Part shown: positions 40,601-52,900 of the stretch, piece by piece | Layout: every line of letters starts with the position of its first letter | Position numbering within the stretch: position 1 is the first letter of the stretch | Assembly (NCBI GenBank): GCA_043228905.1 | Contig: JBHGNT010000021.1 | Span: 1,364,001 to 1,428,000 of the forward strand | Reading direction: 5' to 3' | Length of the DNA: 64,000 nt | Origin: Azolla caroliniana | Lineage: Eukaryota > Plantae > Polypodiophyta | Program-made: the position numbers and the translations under genes | Notes under the pieces: generated by a model | What the model was told of the DNA's origin: nothing | Seen by the model: only the letters and a program-made list of their open reading frames with translations | Database searches by the model: none

Positions 40601-40997
40601 TTGATATTTGATACCTGTGAGCCTAGATGCATAAATACCTGGATGAGAATTTCATTGCTTTGAATTTGCCTCGACCATCGGTTCTGACATTGATGATGAA
40701 CTCTTGAGCAATGTGGAGTGAAGGATCATCCTTACCAGCGACGACAGGCACAGCAGAGTCAAAATCAGAAAAGACGTCATACGAGTTCGTAATAATTAGA
40801 GTGGAAGGGTCAAGGGTAACCAACAATGTTTGTGAGATACACAAAATCCTTCTATACTTTCCTCTCCAAGAGTGTTTGATGACCATGTATCGAGCAAGGT
40901 ACTCGGGCTCTTCTTGAGAATAAGCTTGTGACGATATAGGTGAATCTAGAGGTAGCTTCATGGAAGACGGATCTGGATTATTATTGGCTGAATCCAT
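22640..40997 (-). CDS. GRV2: DnaJ homolog subfamily C GRV2 / RME-8 (DNAJC13) endosomal J-domain protein, 23 coding exons, ~2563 aa
   Basis: Exons 40639-40997, 36395-36527, 34544-34777, 34265-34352, 33952-34160, 33710-33811, 33448-33510, 31193-33376, 30370-30732, 29781-29921, 28784-29176, 28156-28638, 27691-27917, 27259-27603, 26885-27179, 26350-26802, 25913-26258, 25491-25834, 24118-24600, 23554-23678, 23346-23469, 22867-22935, 22640-22768 (sum 7692 nt, in frame). Contains [11 protein letters not shown] repeats, a GYF_2-like WHY..VGP motif and the J-domain HPDKNPEG. Confidence 0.96.
24796..25100. repeat. ~160-bp tandem duplication in GRV2 intron 18
   Basis: gaaagtatggatc.actcattg.caatgataagacttca...gtcaatgcctatgcacca occurs twice. 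Confidence 0.9.
35311..35510. repeat. ~109-bp tandem duplication in GRV2 intron 2
   Basis: tcccagagactctggtcataattcctactatgttt at 35311 and 35420. Confidence 0.9.
35520..35620 (+). mobile_element. Short 3'-terminal fragment of the dispersed RTEX-like family
   Basis: Near reverse complement of 39500-39595 and similar to 38880-38940. Confidence 0.6.
37130..38940 (+). mobile_element. Two tandem 5'-truncated RTEX-like LINE copies in GRV2 intron 1
   Basis: 37130-37640 and ~37660-38940 are mutually similar. They translate to [24 protein letters not shown] (38168-) and [10 protein letters not shown], homologous to ORF 47243-47524. Confidence 0.7.
39490..39710 (-). mobile_element. Inverted 3' fragment of the same LINE family
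   Basis: catgtaagattctcaag.cagata is the reverse complement of ~38728-38752. Confidence 0.6.
40330..40545. repeat. Degenerate ~45-50-bp minisatellite in GRV2 intron 1
   Basis: Recurring (gc)ttaaaac..ag.aa...tattat units, about 5 copies. Confidence 0.6.
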
Positions 40998-43544
40998 GGA
41001 TAATAAAAGGTTGCGGGCATTCAATGGGGGTCGCACATATGCATGGAGAAGCCACCAGCTCCACGCCCCTTGCGTGCGGCCCCCAGACTGTCCCGCACCC
41101 AGCTCTTCTTTTTTTCTTCTTCTTAAAAGAAGAAGACAATAAAGCTAATTTATTCTTTTGTTTTTCTAACTTCTCAAAGCATTATTATTCTCTTATTCTG
41201 AGCTTCTCAAAGCACGATAAGATGTGCTCAGGTTGTGAGATGTGGACTGGTGGGCAGGAAGGCCGATACTGATTCTATTCTCTTGTTCTTTGGGCTCCTC
41301 AAATTGTATGATGAAGATTGATGGATGAAAATGCCTTTGGGATCATTTAAAACAAAATAAGGAATATTGATAGAACTTCAATTAATTGCCTATAGGGGGT
41401 TGGGATAAATAATGTCTCACATGGATTAACACATTGAGATTGCAGACCTGAGAAAGCTTCTAGATTGATAAAAGAAGCATTAACCTTGTGTGCTTTAGAC
41501 TTCTCGGTCTATGACACAAATTCTATTGATTTTTGAACGCCTTGATCTTTGAAAATATATATTATATTGCCATCTGAGCTTCTCAATCCATGATCATATA
41601 TTCTCTTGTCCTCTGAGCTCATCAATCTATGATCATAGTTCTTTGGACTTCTTGACCTATGAAGTTACGAATTGGTGGGCAACAAGATATTTCTTTTGAT
41701 CTTTGAACTTCTCGGTTTTTTATTGATGCATAGCAAGTCCTTTCAATTACCTTCAAAAACCAGGGCATTTCAACTATATTCAAAAAACATAATGAGCCAT
41801 GGAATAGAAAGAAACATGCGGAGCTATAGTTACATCAATAAAGCTTAAAAAGTGCATTGCACACTATTATCTTCTTCTTCGAACTTCTGGATCTGTGAAT
41901 ATGATCAATCATACGAAGAATCACTCTATTTTGTTCTTCAAACTTGTTCAATCTATGAATATATCAACCATACAACGAATAGATATTCTATTTTTCTTCA
42001 AACTTCTTCAAATCTATGAAGATATATATTATTAGGCAACAACACCTTTCAAAGTATCTTCACAACACAAAATTTTCAATGAAGGTCAATTGACTATTCT
42101 TCAAAAACACGAGTTTTTTCAAACTATCTTCGGTGAGGAACGTTGATTATCATCAATAAAGCTCTCGTTTAGGGTTAAATCCCTTACCTGGATTAACACA
42201 TTGAAAAATATGAAGTATTTTTTTGTTTTTTGGGAATTTATCTAATATACCCAATACTCTGATGATTGAATATAGATACCGGTTTTCTTTGTCTTCTTCT
42301 TCTGTGATCATTTGATTTTCCTGATACATTTGAATAAGGTATGCCTATGGAGATCTTTGGAGGTATATCTCTGCCTCTGTCTCTGTCCCTCTTTTCTCTT
42401 TCAAGAGAAAGCAGGGTAGAATGAACTCACGAAAGAATTTACACCTGGAGCTATAATGAGCAAAACCCACTTCGGAATTGATGAAGAAAGACCCAACCAG
42501 CCATGGAGATCTCTTTCACGTCTCTCTCTGTTTTGCCTTCTTCTCCATCTTACTTTGTTTAGTTTTGTTGACAAAATAAAAAATGGAGGAAAAACAAAAC
42601 AAAACACAAAAAGCCAGGAAAATGCACCCAAGTTTTCCTTTATTGCCGGCTATGCCCCTACTCAACCACCATGATGATGCATTTTGGACGGTCAGCCGAG
42701 GTCATCTGCGGCGGAATAATGAAAAATCCAAGAGCATTTTTAGTGTTTTTTTTGTTCCCTTCATTATTATTCCTAGTCCTTGCACTAAGCTTACTCAGAT
42801 CTTTGGTCGCTTTGATCTAGACATGTTGTGGTTAGTTTGTCACATCTTACTTATTAATGATCAAACATGTTGCGTAAATATATGGCGTTGATTGAAAGTG
42901 CAAATTGTTGTCAATTCACACCTTCATTGCTCTTCGAGCCAGATACATTAAGAAAATGCTTTCAAAGACACCATAGTTCGAAAAGCATGTCCAATGCAAC
43001 CATTGATAAGTTGAATGCGTAAAAAATTTGCTAGGTCATCGTATTTGTGAACTAGAACTTGCTAGTTAGGAAGCTCAATGGGCACTTCTTTGATATTATT
43101 TTAAAGCACAGCCACTTCGTAGTTCTTTGTATTGATCGAAAACTAAATTTGGTGTGCGAGAATGTTGCTTGGAACTAGTTAACTAGCATGCTTTAACTTT
43201 TGCTATCTAAGAGAGCTTAATCGAACACCAATTGAGTTCATTTGTTCATAATTTTGGGTTTATCAGTTTAGGGTTCATGCTATAGAATGTTAAGGATAAT
43301 AGATGAGCATGCGCAATGGAAACATATTGTCAACATCAAACTCGTAGAAGATGTCATCAATGAAGATAAGGAGTCAATTTCTATGGATAGTTAATGAAGG
43401 AGTTATGTGGAGAAAGGCTTTGTAGGTTCTGTTGGGAGGTGTTTTTGTTAACCAAACTTGGGGATTCCATGGATACCAAACAAAGGTTCTCGAGGTGAAG
43501 TGAGACTGGAAGACCAAATCCATTGTCTTAGAATCTCTAGACAA

Positions 43545-43910
43545 ATTGCAAGAAAGTAGCAAAAGTGCAAGTTAGAAGCAAGTTGTTTCGAAGAATAATT
43601 GCTTGCTCACAATTAATCGAGCAATCTTGGTAATGTTTGCATTGCAGATCTAGAAAATATATCATATACACACGAAATTTGCCTTTCTAGATTGATATCT
43701 ATATACCAAGTACAATGTCTTTGAATCGCTACACAAATTGCAAGCAAGTCTACTAGCAAAAGAGTAAGTGTAGAAGTAAATTGTCTTGAAGAATAATCAC
43801 TTGTGGCGACTAACAAGGCTCAATTTGATTTGAGCAACATTGGTAATGTTTGCATTGCAAATCTACCTAATCATATGGACACGATGTTTGCTTTTTCTAG
43901 TTTGATATCC
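43545..43910. repeat. ~200-bp degenerate tandem duplication
   Basis: gaagaataat...gagcaa..ttggtaatgtttgcattgca.atcta...acacga..tttgc.tttctag occurs twice. Confidence 0.75.
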
Positions 43911-46900
43911 AAATTATAAGAAATGCATATAACCACCACTAAGGTTTGAGCCACCTCGTTCATAAAGCAACGTGTTAACATTGTAAAAAGCTCGTATGAG
44001 TTGAAGTCGGCACCAAGGGCCTAAAAGGAGTGAATGAATGGATACATCATCGAGGGCTAATTTAGGAAGTGTCTTATGGCATGTCTCACTAACTTAACAA
44101 CCATCATCTAATTCCAAAGATGTTTACAACAAGACACCTCTGCTTTCTCCTCTTCCACCATCCACATGAGACCAAATGGTTCTCCATGTTTTGGATCTTG
44201 ATATAAGTTTACATCTCTTAGAATTATCGAGTGTTTTGAGCAATTGTCAAACCCTTTCCATACGTGTTAATCAAGGGATAAAGACCACCACTGCATTTTG
44301 ATTTATCGTTCCCATCACATCAATTTTGAGTATGGGGAAGTTGTTGAGGATCTCATAGGATTCTAATGTGGTGAACTGAATCCAGTCTCCTCGAAGGGGC
44401 CAACAAGCAATCGTGGCCTCACTCCACCAATAGTCCAATTATCATAATGTAAAAGGCTTGTGAAGCCCTGAAATGATTGAATAGCACATGCATGAAAATC
44501 AAGATACATCACTTGCATTTTGATTGCTTATAAAAAAATGACTTCAAATTGGGTATGTAGTAATTTTAATTGTGTATCTATGATTGTTTATTATCATTGC
44601 TTCTCGAAACAAGTGCTTTGTTGTTTCAAGTAACTTATAATGAAAAATAGTCGTTCTTTTGTTCCTTCAAAATAACTATAGTTTTTTCTATACAAATGTT
44701 TATGATGGAAGGTCATGCACATAATTTGTCAACATCAAACACAATCCACATGATCTCCAAAAATAAAAAACAAGTAATGCATCATAATATAACGTGATGC
44801 ATCACATCGCATTAGTGAATTGATTGGTTAACATGTGCACACACGTATTACAATTTGAATTAACATCATGATCCAATTTGCATTAATAAAATAACTTTGT
44901 TGTTTTAAATGATTAATAGGGCGAGACAATGAGTAAAATCATTGAAGATGATCGTGTGCATTTAATGGTTTTGTATGATTACAACGATTTGTTTCTCCAA
45001 GTTATGCATGATAAACTATTGGACAACCTCTTATGACCTGATGGATATAAATGATTTCTCTATTATCATATGCACAACCAAATTTTTGCAACTTGATCTT
45101 AGTTGTGCCATCCTTACATCTTGTATTAAATTTATGAATACAACTTTGGATTATGACTCTGCTATCCATAGATGACGAGGGCACGTTGTATCCAACATGT
45201 GTTGTGCTTGGGTGTAATAAACTAGGTTAGATGGTAACTTCTATGTGAAACATTCCCTTCACACGTCATATCGGGTTTTTTTTTGCTATCCTCACAAATA
45301 ACTCTTTGTGGATCCCATGTTTTCTTAGAAATATTCTAGAATGCTAAATCTATATGCAAACATAACAATGTCCATGTTGAATTCATGCTTTCCAATATCA
45401 AGGTTATTGCATCCACTCTTGACTGGTGGGTTAAAATTTGTGTAGGGCATCCAAATTTCTCATAATCCTAGTTTTAGCGATGGGTTTGATGTTGCCATCC
45501 TTTACATAGAAAAATTATAATTAGTTTAAGATCATGCATGCTTGCAACATTGCCACTACCATTGACATTGACAATTTAAAATTTTAAAAAGGAAATAAGT
45601 GAAATTTATAGCCAATCCTTCCAACTGGCAAAGAATTAATAACACCGAACAGGGTCAAGGTGTTGAGGTGTGACAATGGTAAATAATGAAGTTCTACAAG
45701 GATCATAATTCATGTATGGATGATATGAAAAATGTTGAAGATGAACGGAGGGGGATCCAGGATTTGGACACAATGAAATTGTCGACTAGAAAGAGGGATT
45801 TTCAATATTCAATTGTTCCTTATGTGAACCTCAAGACATCCTGCTTCTTTGACACCACGATATTATTCTACGCTTAAACACTTTGGGTCACATACTTAAT
45901 CTTAGCAATGTTTTTTAAAGCATATTACCACAACTTTTTGCAATTCTTAGTGTTGAACAAAGGATAATGACAGTGTGTAGAGGTAGACATAGAGGTCAAT
46001 ACATCGATATGATCTTCTTCCTTCGCATGTTTGCACAATTGCACGTACGAAACACTTGTTCTAACGAATGTAACTCCCAAGTGTTATGCAACTCACAAAT
46101 TTCCCATATTTATGATGTTTTTTTCTTATGTATCCCTTATTTAAAAAGTACATTCATCTTGGACATGTGTGTGTATGAATCACACATTTTATCAACAAAA
46201 AGTGGTTGTTAAACTACAACATGATGGACAATAATGTGTTGATCCATCATGTTTTGCAAATGATGTGTTTGTGCCATCACCCATGAATTTATGATTAGAG
46301 ATTTAATATAAACTTGGACTCACCAACAAGAAGCACCATTCACAACCCGACCCTTATGATCCATCCTCAATGAGGTTAGTCCCATGTTATTTGCAACAAA
46401 TGCTACATTAACATGAGTTATTGTCCTAACACAAGTTTGAGCTTATTTGCAACGATGACACATGACACACTCTTTCTTGTAACCAATCTTTTTTTACCTC
46501 GTGATACAACCCAAACAACATCTAACGATGACTTGCTACATCCCACCTTGTTTGCAACAAATGATTTCGTGCCACATATGCATGGAAATTGGCCTTTGCA
46601 CACAAATTGAAAATGGTATCCCACATGGAAATAATCAATTGAAATAAAACAAACACGAGGTTGAATGTTATTCCTCAATAGAAAGAAAAGATATATTAAT
46701 ATTTTCTAAGACCAAATTTTGCTCATGAGGCAATTGGTTACAACAAAATGGGATGTGTACCCAATCACCGAAAATAAAAATAAAATAAACATAGACAATA
46801 GAGTTCTAGTATCATACAAAAGATGTTATGGTGTAACATATTTTGCAAAGGAAATGACTACGCGCCAAGCTTAGTTTCATTTCCATCTGAGTCTCTCAAA

Positions 46901-47159
46901 AAGGAGCCGGAGGTCAAAAGGGTTTTGATGTGCTCGTGGCCCATGGTTCCGATGTAAAAGGCATCCTGACCATAGCTTCTAGGCAATGTAACTCATGTTC
47001 CCTTGTCTCCTCAATTGCACTTGCACAATGCGTGATGTTGAGGCCCGATATTCGAGGGCATTTGGTTGGTCTTTGGTTTTCTGTTTCATAGAGGGAGAGG
47101 CCGAGTGGTGCAGATGGGTCCACACTCGTTGTCCCCTCCTGTCCCTAAAATAATTCATT

Positions 47160-48250
47160 GGCTACATGTTAGTGAATATTAGAAAGGTTATGGTTAACAT
47201 TTTGTAACTTATTCTCTCTATGTTGTTTTGGTTAACATTTTGTCATAGTATGTCTTGGTATTTTGATCTTATCTCGACGTAAGTTGCACACTTGAATGTA
47301 AAGTGATACTCGTCCTCTATCTCTATGTGACATAATCTACACATCCTTTCCTCTATAACGACACCATTACCACGACCATTCTCAATCTCAAGTTGGTGAG
47401 ATGATACTCGAAGTTGTCCAATGGCAACCCTTAGTGCATTTGGTAAGAACATATATTGATATTTTGGTTGTATAATAAAACCTAACTTAGAGAAGAGCAT
47501 GAAGTGTTCCTTATAGTACAACAATTTAAATGGGAGTGGCTCTAGTGGGTTGATACATTTATGTCAATTGTAAAATTGCATATTTCTTGGCGTATTACTT
47601 TATTACGGTCCTCGTGAGATGTTAAGGTTTTATCAGTCTCCTAGTTGCACTTGAGAGGAGGTAGGTTCATAACGTCTAGGCCATTTGCAAAGAGCAAGCT
47701 TACCATAGTGCTATATGAAGAGCTAGTATCACTGGAATCATAGAGTGATCAAAATGCCTCGAAAGCTTGACGAGATTTTCCAATCTTTGTGATTAGGTAT
47801 GTATCCAATCAATAAAAATTACTAGTTGAAAAAATGCTTCTACTAGTATAGGGGATAAAGTGAACATCGCTCTAATGATGTCATGTGACACTATCGGTTT
47901 GCTTTGGAATTGATTCGATAACACGAGGATTCATCACCACTGGTCTATCTATTTATGCCCAAATGAAAGGTGGTAGCCTTGGAACCCAAACTATTGATGG
48001 ATACATGAGGGAAGGGGTCACTTATGAGTTGAAGAGCCACCCCTTAGTTCACAACTATTGAAAGTATGTGTGCTGGCAATGTCTCTCCAAGAGTGAAAGG
48101 AATGCATATCCTCTTGTTAGTCTATCTTTGGTTGCCTATGTTATCAAATTTTACCTGAGCGAGCATTGGAAGGAACTCCAATATATACATAGTTTCTAAC
48201 TACCTCAATTAATCTATATGAGAGAGTATTAGGTGACATTTAGTCCTAAC
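47160..48250 (-). mobile_element. 5'-truncated RTEX-like non-LTR retrotransposon with C-terminal CCHC zinc finger
   Basis: ORF 47243-47524: LRVSSHQLEIENGR...RMCRLCHIEIEDEYHFTFKC..Y.EIR. Upstream degenerate coding reads SHDIIRAMF. Confidence 0.75.
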
Positions 48251-48309
48251 CAGAGTAGGTGCGTGGAAGATAAGGTGTCAAATTCACATTATCGAAGGGG
48301 GCAAAAGTT

Positions 48310-48695
48310 TGTGAACCACGTTTATGCCAAGGGGGGGGGGGGGGGGGAATTACAAATAAAGTCAACCACAGAGCAATATAACAAAGAGATAAAAGCTAAA
48401 GAATAGATAAAGGATGTGTAACAAACATCGTCCATTGTCGAGTGAAGGACACCAGACGAATATAAAATACGGTAAGTGTCTGGAGCCGCGGAAGAAGATT
48501 ACCTTATGTTATTATATCCTGGTAGTCGAATAACTTATCTCACCGAAGAAATCTTAGCCTCATCAACACAGACAATACACCATCCCGAGATGCCATAGCG
48601 AAGGCAATAGCTAATCAATCCCTTTTATATAGTCAAAAACATAAGGCCCCCAAACCTAACCTAACCTTATGCAAACTGCAGCATATCATATTACA
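48310..48695 (-). mobile_element. Possible solo LTR immediately upstream of the argC 5'UTR
   Basis: TG...CA ends, poly-G 48321-48337 and a TATA-like ctatataaaaggg on the - strand. No TSD. Confidence 0.3.
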
Positions 48696-49974
48696 TTGTA
48701 TTTATCCTCAAGGCAATCACAAATATTGGCATTCTGTACTACAAATTACAATTAAATTATATCCAGAGCAAATCAATCATTCTCTTCTTTCTAAACCCTT
48801 TCCCTTCCTTCCTTAAAAAGGCTTTGCTCTGTTCATCATCATCATCTTCATCATCTTCAACACCTCACTGCTCTGTCACACACAGGTATGGAAACTTAAT
48901 GCTGCTATAGTCTCTCGTTGAATTCCTCTGTTTCTGTTTCTGTTTTCTTTTTTTTGCCTTCAATCTTCGACTTTTTGGTACCTCCTGGTGCTATGTTCTT
49001 ATGGAATCTATAAAATGGTGTTTCTGCAACATTTGTGTGCGTGCGTGCGTGCGTGCGTATTTTCTGTTCATGTATGCATGTATATATCTGTGCTTAATGG
49101 AAGTGTGTATCACTCATCGTATCTTTTCTGTTTTGTTCTTCATCATGCATATTGGAAGGATGTTAATGGAATCTTGATACTTAAAATTATGCATAATTCC
49201 TCATGTTTCCTCATTTTTCTTCTTCTTCACGCATATCAGGAGGAGGCTATTAAAAATTTTCAGATGTCGCCGAAAGTTAGGTTGTTATATGTATATATGT
49301 GTACATCTAAATATACACATTGATTGCATATGTATGTGTAGTTATGTGTGCACGTGTTTATAGATGTATGCATATAGATTGTCTCTTGCATGACCATGTG
49401 CACGTGTGTGTGTATGTTTATATCTTATAAATCTGTGAAAGTTGAGTTTCTGATTATCACACACACATGAGCACATGCAATTAGTATTTTTGGAAGCTTT
49501 TTATGAATCTAAATCTATTAATGACATGAATTTTAGTTATTAATGGATGATTGGATAATATAGATGGACATATCTGTACTGGGACATCTCCACAGATTCT
49601 CACATGTATACATATACGTAGATATATGCAAGTCTTTGTTTCAGTTAGACTTGGGGAAATATTCCTTTACTAATTGTATGGGTTCCCTTTTCATGCATGA
49701 AATAATAATTTTGAGAATACCACAACTTCACATGTAATTATGTAAGAAATTGTGAGGGTACCTCAAATTTGTAGAATTTTAGCAGAGCACATATATCTTT
49801 CTACCGTTCAAAATTTCCCAGGATTTTGTCCAAGGAAAAGAAAAAGTAAACTAAAGAAGGGAAATATGTTCCTCTCAATAAACATTTTTCAGGGATGATT
49901 AAATGACATACATAGGCTTTTTGATATTATGCAGGTTTCAAATTTAATCAAAGTTCATTTTTCTGCTTCAACAT

Positions 49975-52900
49975 ATGGCTTCTGCATTGTCGACGAGTTT
50001 CCTATCCAAGGTAAATATCTTTAGTAGAAATTGGCAGAAATTTGTAAGCTCTACGCCTATTCCAGTTCTGCCGAAACCTATATGTAACATATGGCGAACA
50101 TTGCCGAAACCTATATGCATTCATACATCTGTGTGTCTCTCATGTGTGTACGTGAATTTCTCACAATATTGAAAACGAATTGGAAAAAATGTTGAGCTGG
50201 ATTAGATTATTAATTAACGTTTTTTTAAGTAATAGTTTATTAGTTTTGACATATTTGTTGATAATCATTTTTAGGTTTGCTGGAATGTTCAACCCTCTCC
50301 AGAGGAATGCAAGTTGAAACGTGGGTTACTTTGTACAAGAAATGTGGTATTATCACCCACACAAGATCAAGCCAAAATTGGAAAGCAGCCTGATTTGAGA
50401 CTGGTGGAAACTAAGAAAATTGCTGTTCTTGGAGCTAGTGGCTACACTGGATGTGAAGTCAGTTTCTAAGATCTTATCTGTCTTATTTTATTTAAGTTGA
50501 GTGATGTTGGGAAAGCTAAAATCATAATAAATTGTGAGTATGCTGAACTGAACTATGAAGACCATTTAGTTTTAGTTCAGCATGGTGGTTTTCAATACAA
50601 ATGACAATTGAAGAGGTTCCTAACATAGATAATTTTGAAAGCTTCTCCGAGTATCCACTATCTGTTTTTGGTGCTTGAAGCCCTCTTTCCTTAAAGTGAA
50701 GAATTGTTGTATTAAATGTTCTTTGCTATGCGAATGTTGGGATTGTTTATGAAATAACTTATGAGCGTTCCCATCCCAAGGAACTTTATTTTTTATTTGA
50801 GAGCTTGAATGCCTGCTTTATTCTTGGATATTTTTTATCTAATGCTTTTGTCTGCGCTTAATAACTCCTTTTTACAGATTGTTCGTCTACTTGCAACACA
50901 CCCATATTTCAAGATAACATTGATGACAGCAGATAGAAAGGCTGGCCAACCTCTTGCTTCTGTGTTTCCCCATCTTGTCAGCCAGGTATTAGTTTAGGGA
51001 AGGATCATTACATATCAAAGCTCTTCTTCTATTATGTGTTACCTATACATTTGTAAACATCGGAAAATTGACCATGTGTTCGTGGATTTTTTTTATGCAA
51101 TGCAAGGATTTACCAAATATGGTAGCCATTAATGATGCTGACTTTTCTGAAATCGATGCAGTATTTTGCTGCCTTCCACATGGCACTACACAGGTAACTT
51201 CTATAAAGTCACAAGCATATAAAATTTCTGATCCGACATGACTCCCTGCCCTTTTTCATATCTCTCTGCTGGGAGTGGGGATATGTCCAACATGGAATGT
51301 TGCCCCATGGAACAAAATAGGCTAATGTGAAAGCCATGTCTCTTCGAGTTTTCTATTGACAGAGTCTGAATGATTAATTTGAAACATGATTATAGATGGT
51401 TGGAAAAGAAGTTTTTTTCAACCTTTTACCTACTGGTAGGTCAGTATTATTGTGAAAAATGGGGGCTATAATGCAGTAAAATGAAATCTCAATAATATAT
51501 GAAAAATGGGGCTGTCATACTGTAGTAAAATAGAATCTTGATATATTTATGTGTTTTTAACATTCATATGCATACCAATGTCCAAACATAATATGCACAT
51601 TTTGGATATCCTTTGACCTCCTATGAAGTGAGACATACAATTCTCAAGGCGTTGCTCTGTTGAACAAAAAGGATTTGCATCATCTCTTACCAGAGTCATA
51701 GAAAGCTTGCATATTGCATGTATGTAAGAAGATTCAATATTCTACGAGTTGTTTTAACATGTAATTGCTAAAATCTAATATTATTCTTAATATTGAGATG
51801 TATTACTATGTATAATTTATGTAATCCAATGTTACTCTTTACTTTTCTTTGATTTATAAACATGAATATAGAAATAAATATTAAATTATTGCAATTGCAT
51901 GGACTGGAAGACATTATTTATGCCAATGTGTCATCTTTGCAAAACAAAAATGAATTGCTTGTGATTGGTGTTACTATTGTTGAAACACAGGAAATAATTT
52001 CTAGCCTTCCAGACAGTTTGAAGGTTGTCGACCTTTCCGCTGTATGTACATTGTAACCTAATCTTTTTTCCTAGAAAGTTCACATTGCATTTTCTTTCTT
52101 CACAAGCACATACTGTTGAGTACTGTCTGTCAGAAGGTTGGCTTCTTTGTCTTCAGGATTTTCGATTGCACAATGTTAATGAATATGAAGAATGGTACAA
52201 TAGACCGCATGGAGCAGTTGAACTGCAAGTAAGTTTACTGGAAAACCAAGGCACAATAAAATGCGCTATGATTTGAAAGCAAAAATAAAAATATTATAGG
52301 CAGTCTCGTATTGTATTGTCTGTTGGATTAGGATAATCTACTAACACTGCCTAGAGCTCAAAAGTTAGAGAATTTTGTATTCTTAGGATTTACAAGCGTT
52401 TAGATATAGAGATTCTTCATTGACCCCCTCCTTGGCAGTCAAAAAGGTAGGTCTAGACTTTTGATTGTAATGCTTCAAAATCTGAGACAAATGGTTGTGG
52501 TCAAATTTCTTGCATAAATGCAAGAATGTTAAGTTGCCAATTTATAAAATTGAACTTAGATATATTGGGCAAATTATGATTGCAATTGTTTATTTTGTTT
52601 GGAAAATTTCATTGCTAACTTTATCCAAGCTGCCTCTATTTATAAAAGGCCTTCCGTTTCATAATCTATTTGGAATCAAAGTTCTGAACATGCTAAATAT
52701 CTTATGATAGTGGCATAAAGGCGCTTGTAGAGTTTGTGTTTAGATGCATACTTAAATTTATGTTTGGGCTATGAAACATTATGAAAGAGACAATTATAGA
52801 GATCCAGAACTTGCATCAACATTACTTAAAAGATATTCTACAATTAAACTTCTTATACCTATATATGCATGCGTAAGAAGGCTGATAAGAAGCAAAATTC

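Noticed and set aside
40998-41036. ORF-track N-terminal extension MRPPLNARNLLLS of GRV2
   Set aside because: It starts at GTG. The ATG at 40997 (MDS...) matches homologous N-termini.
42181-42192. CTTACCTGGA resembling the U1 snRNA 5' end
   Set aside because: No U1 body follows. It is the reverse complement of a strong splice donor (CAG|GTAAGG) on the GRV2 strand.
46200-46600. TTTGCAAC repeats suggestive of CACTA subterminal repeats
   Set aside because: No intact CACTA TIR pair or 3-bp TSD could be identified.
50440-50457. argC GYTGCE instead of GYTGAE
   Set aside because: This position varies within the Rossmann motif and the catalytic NPGCY is intact.
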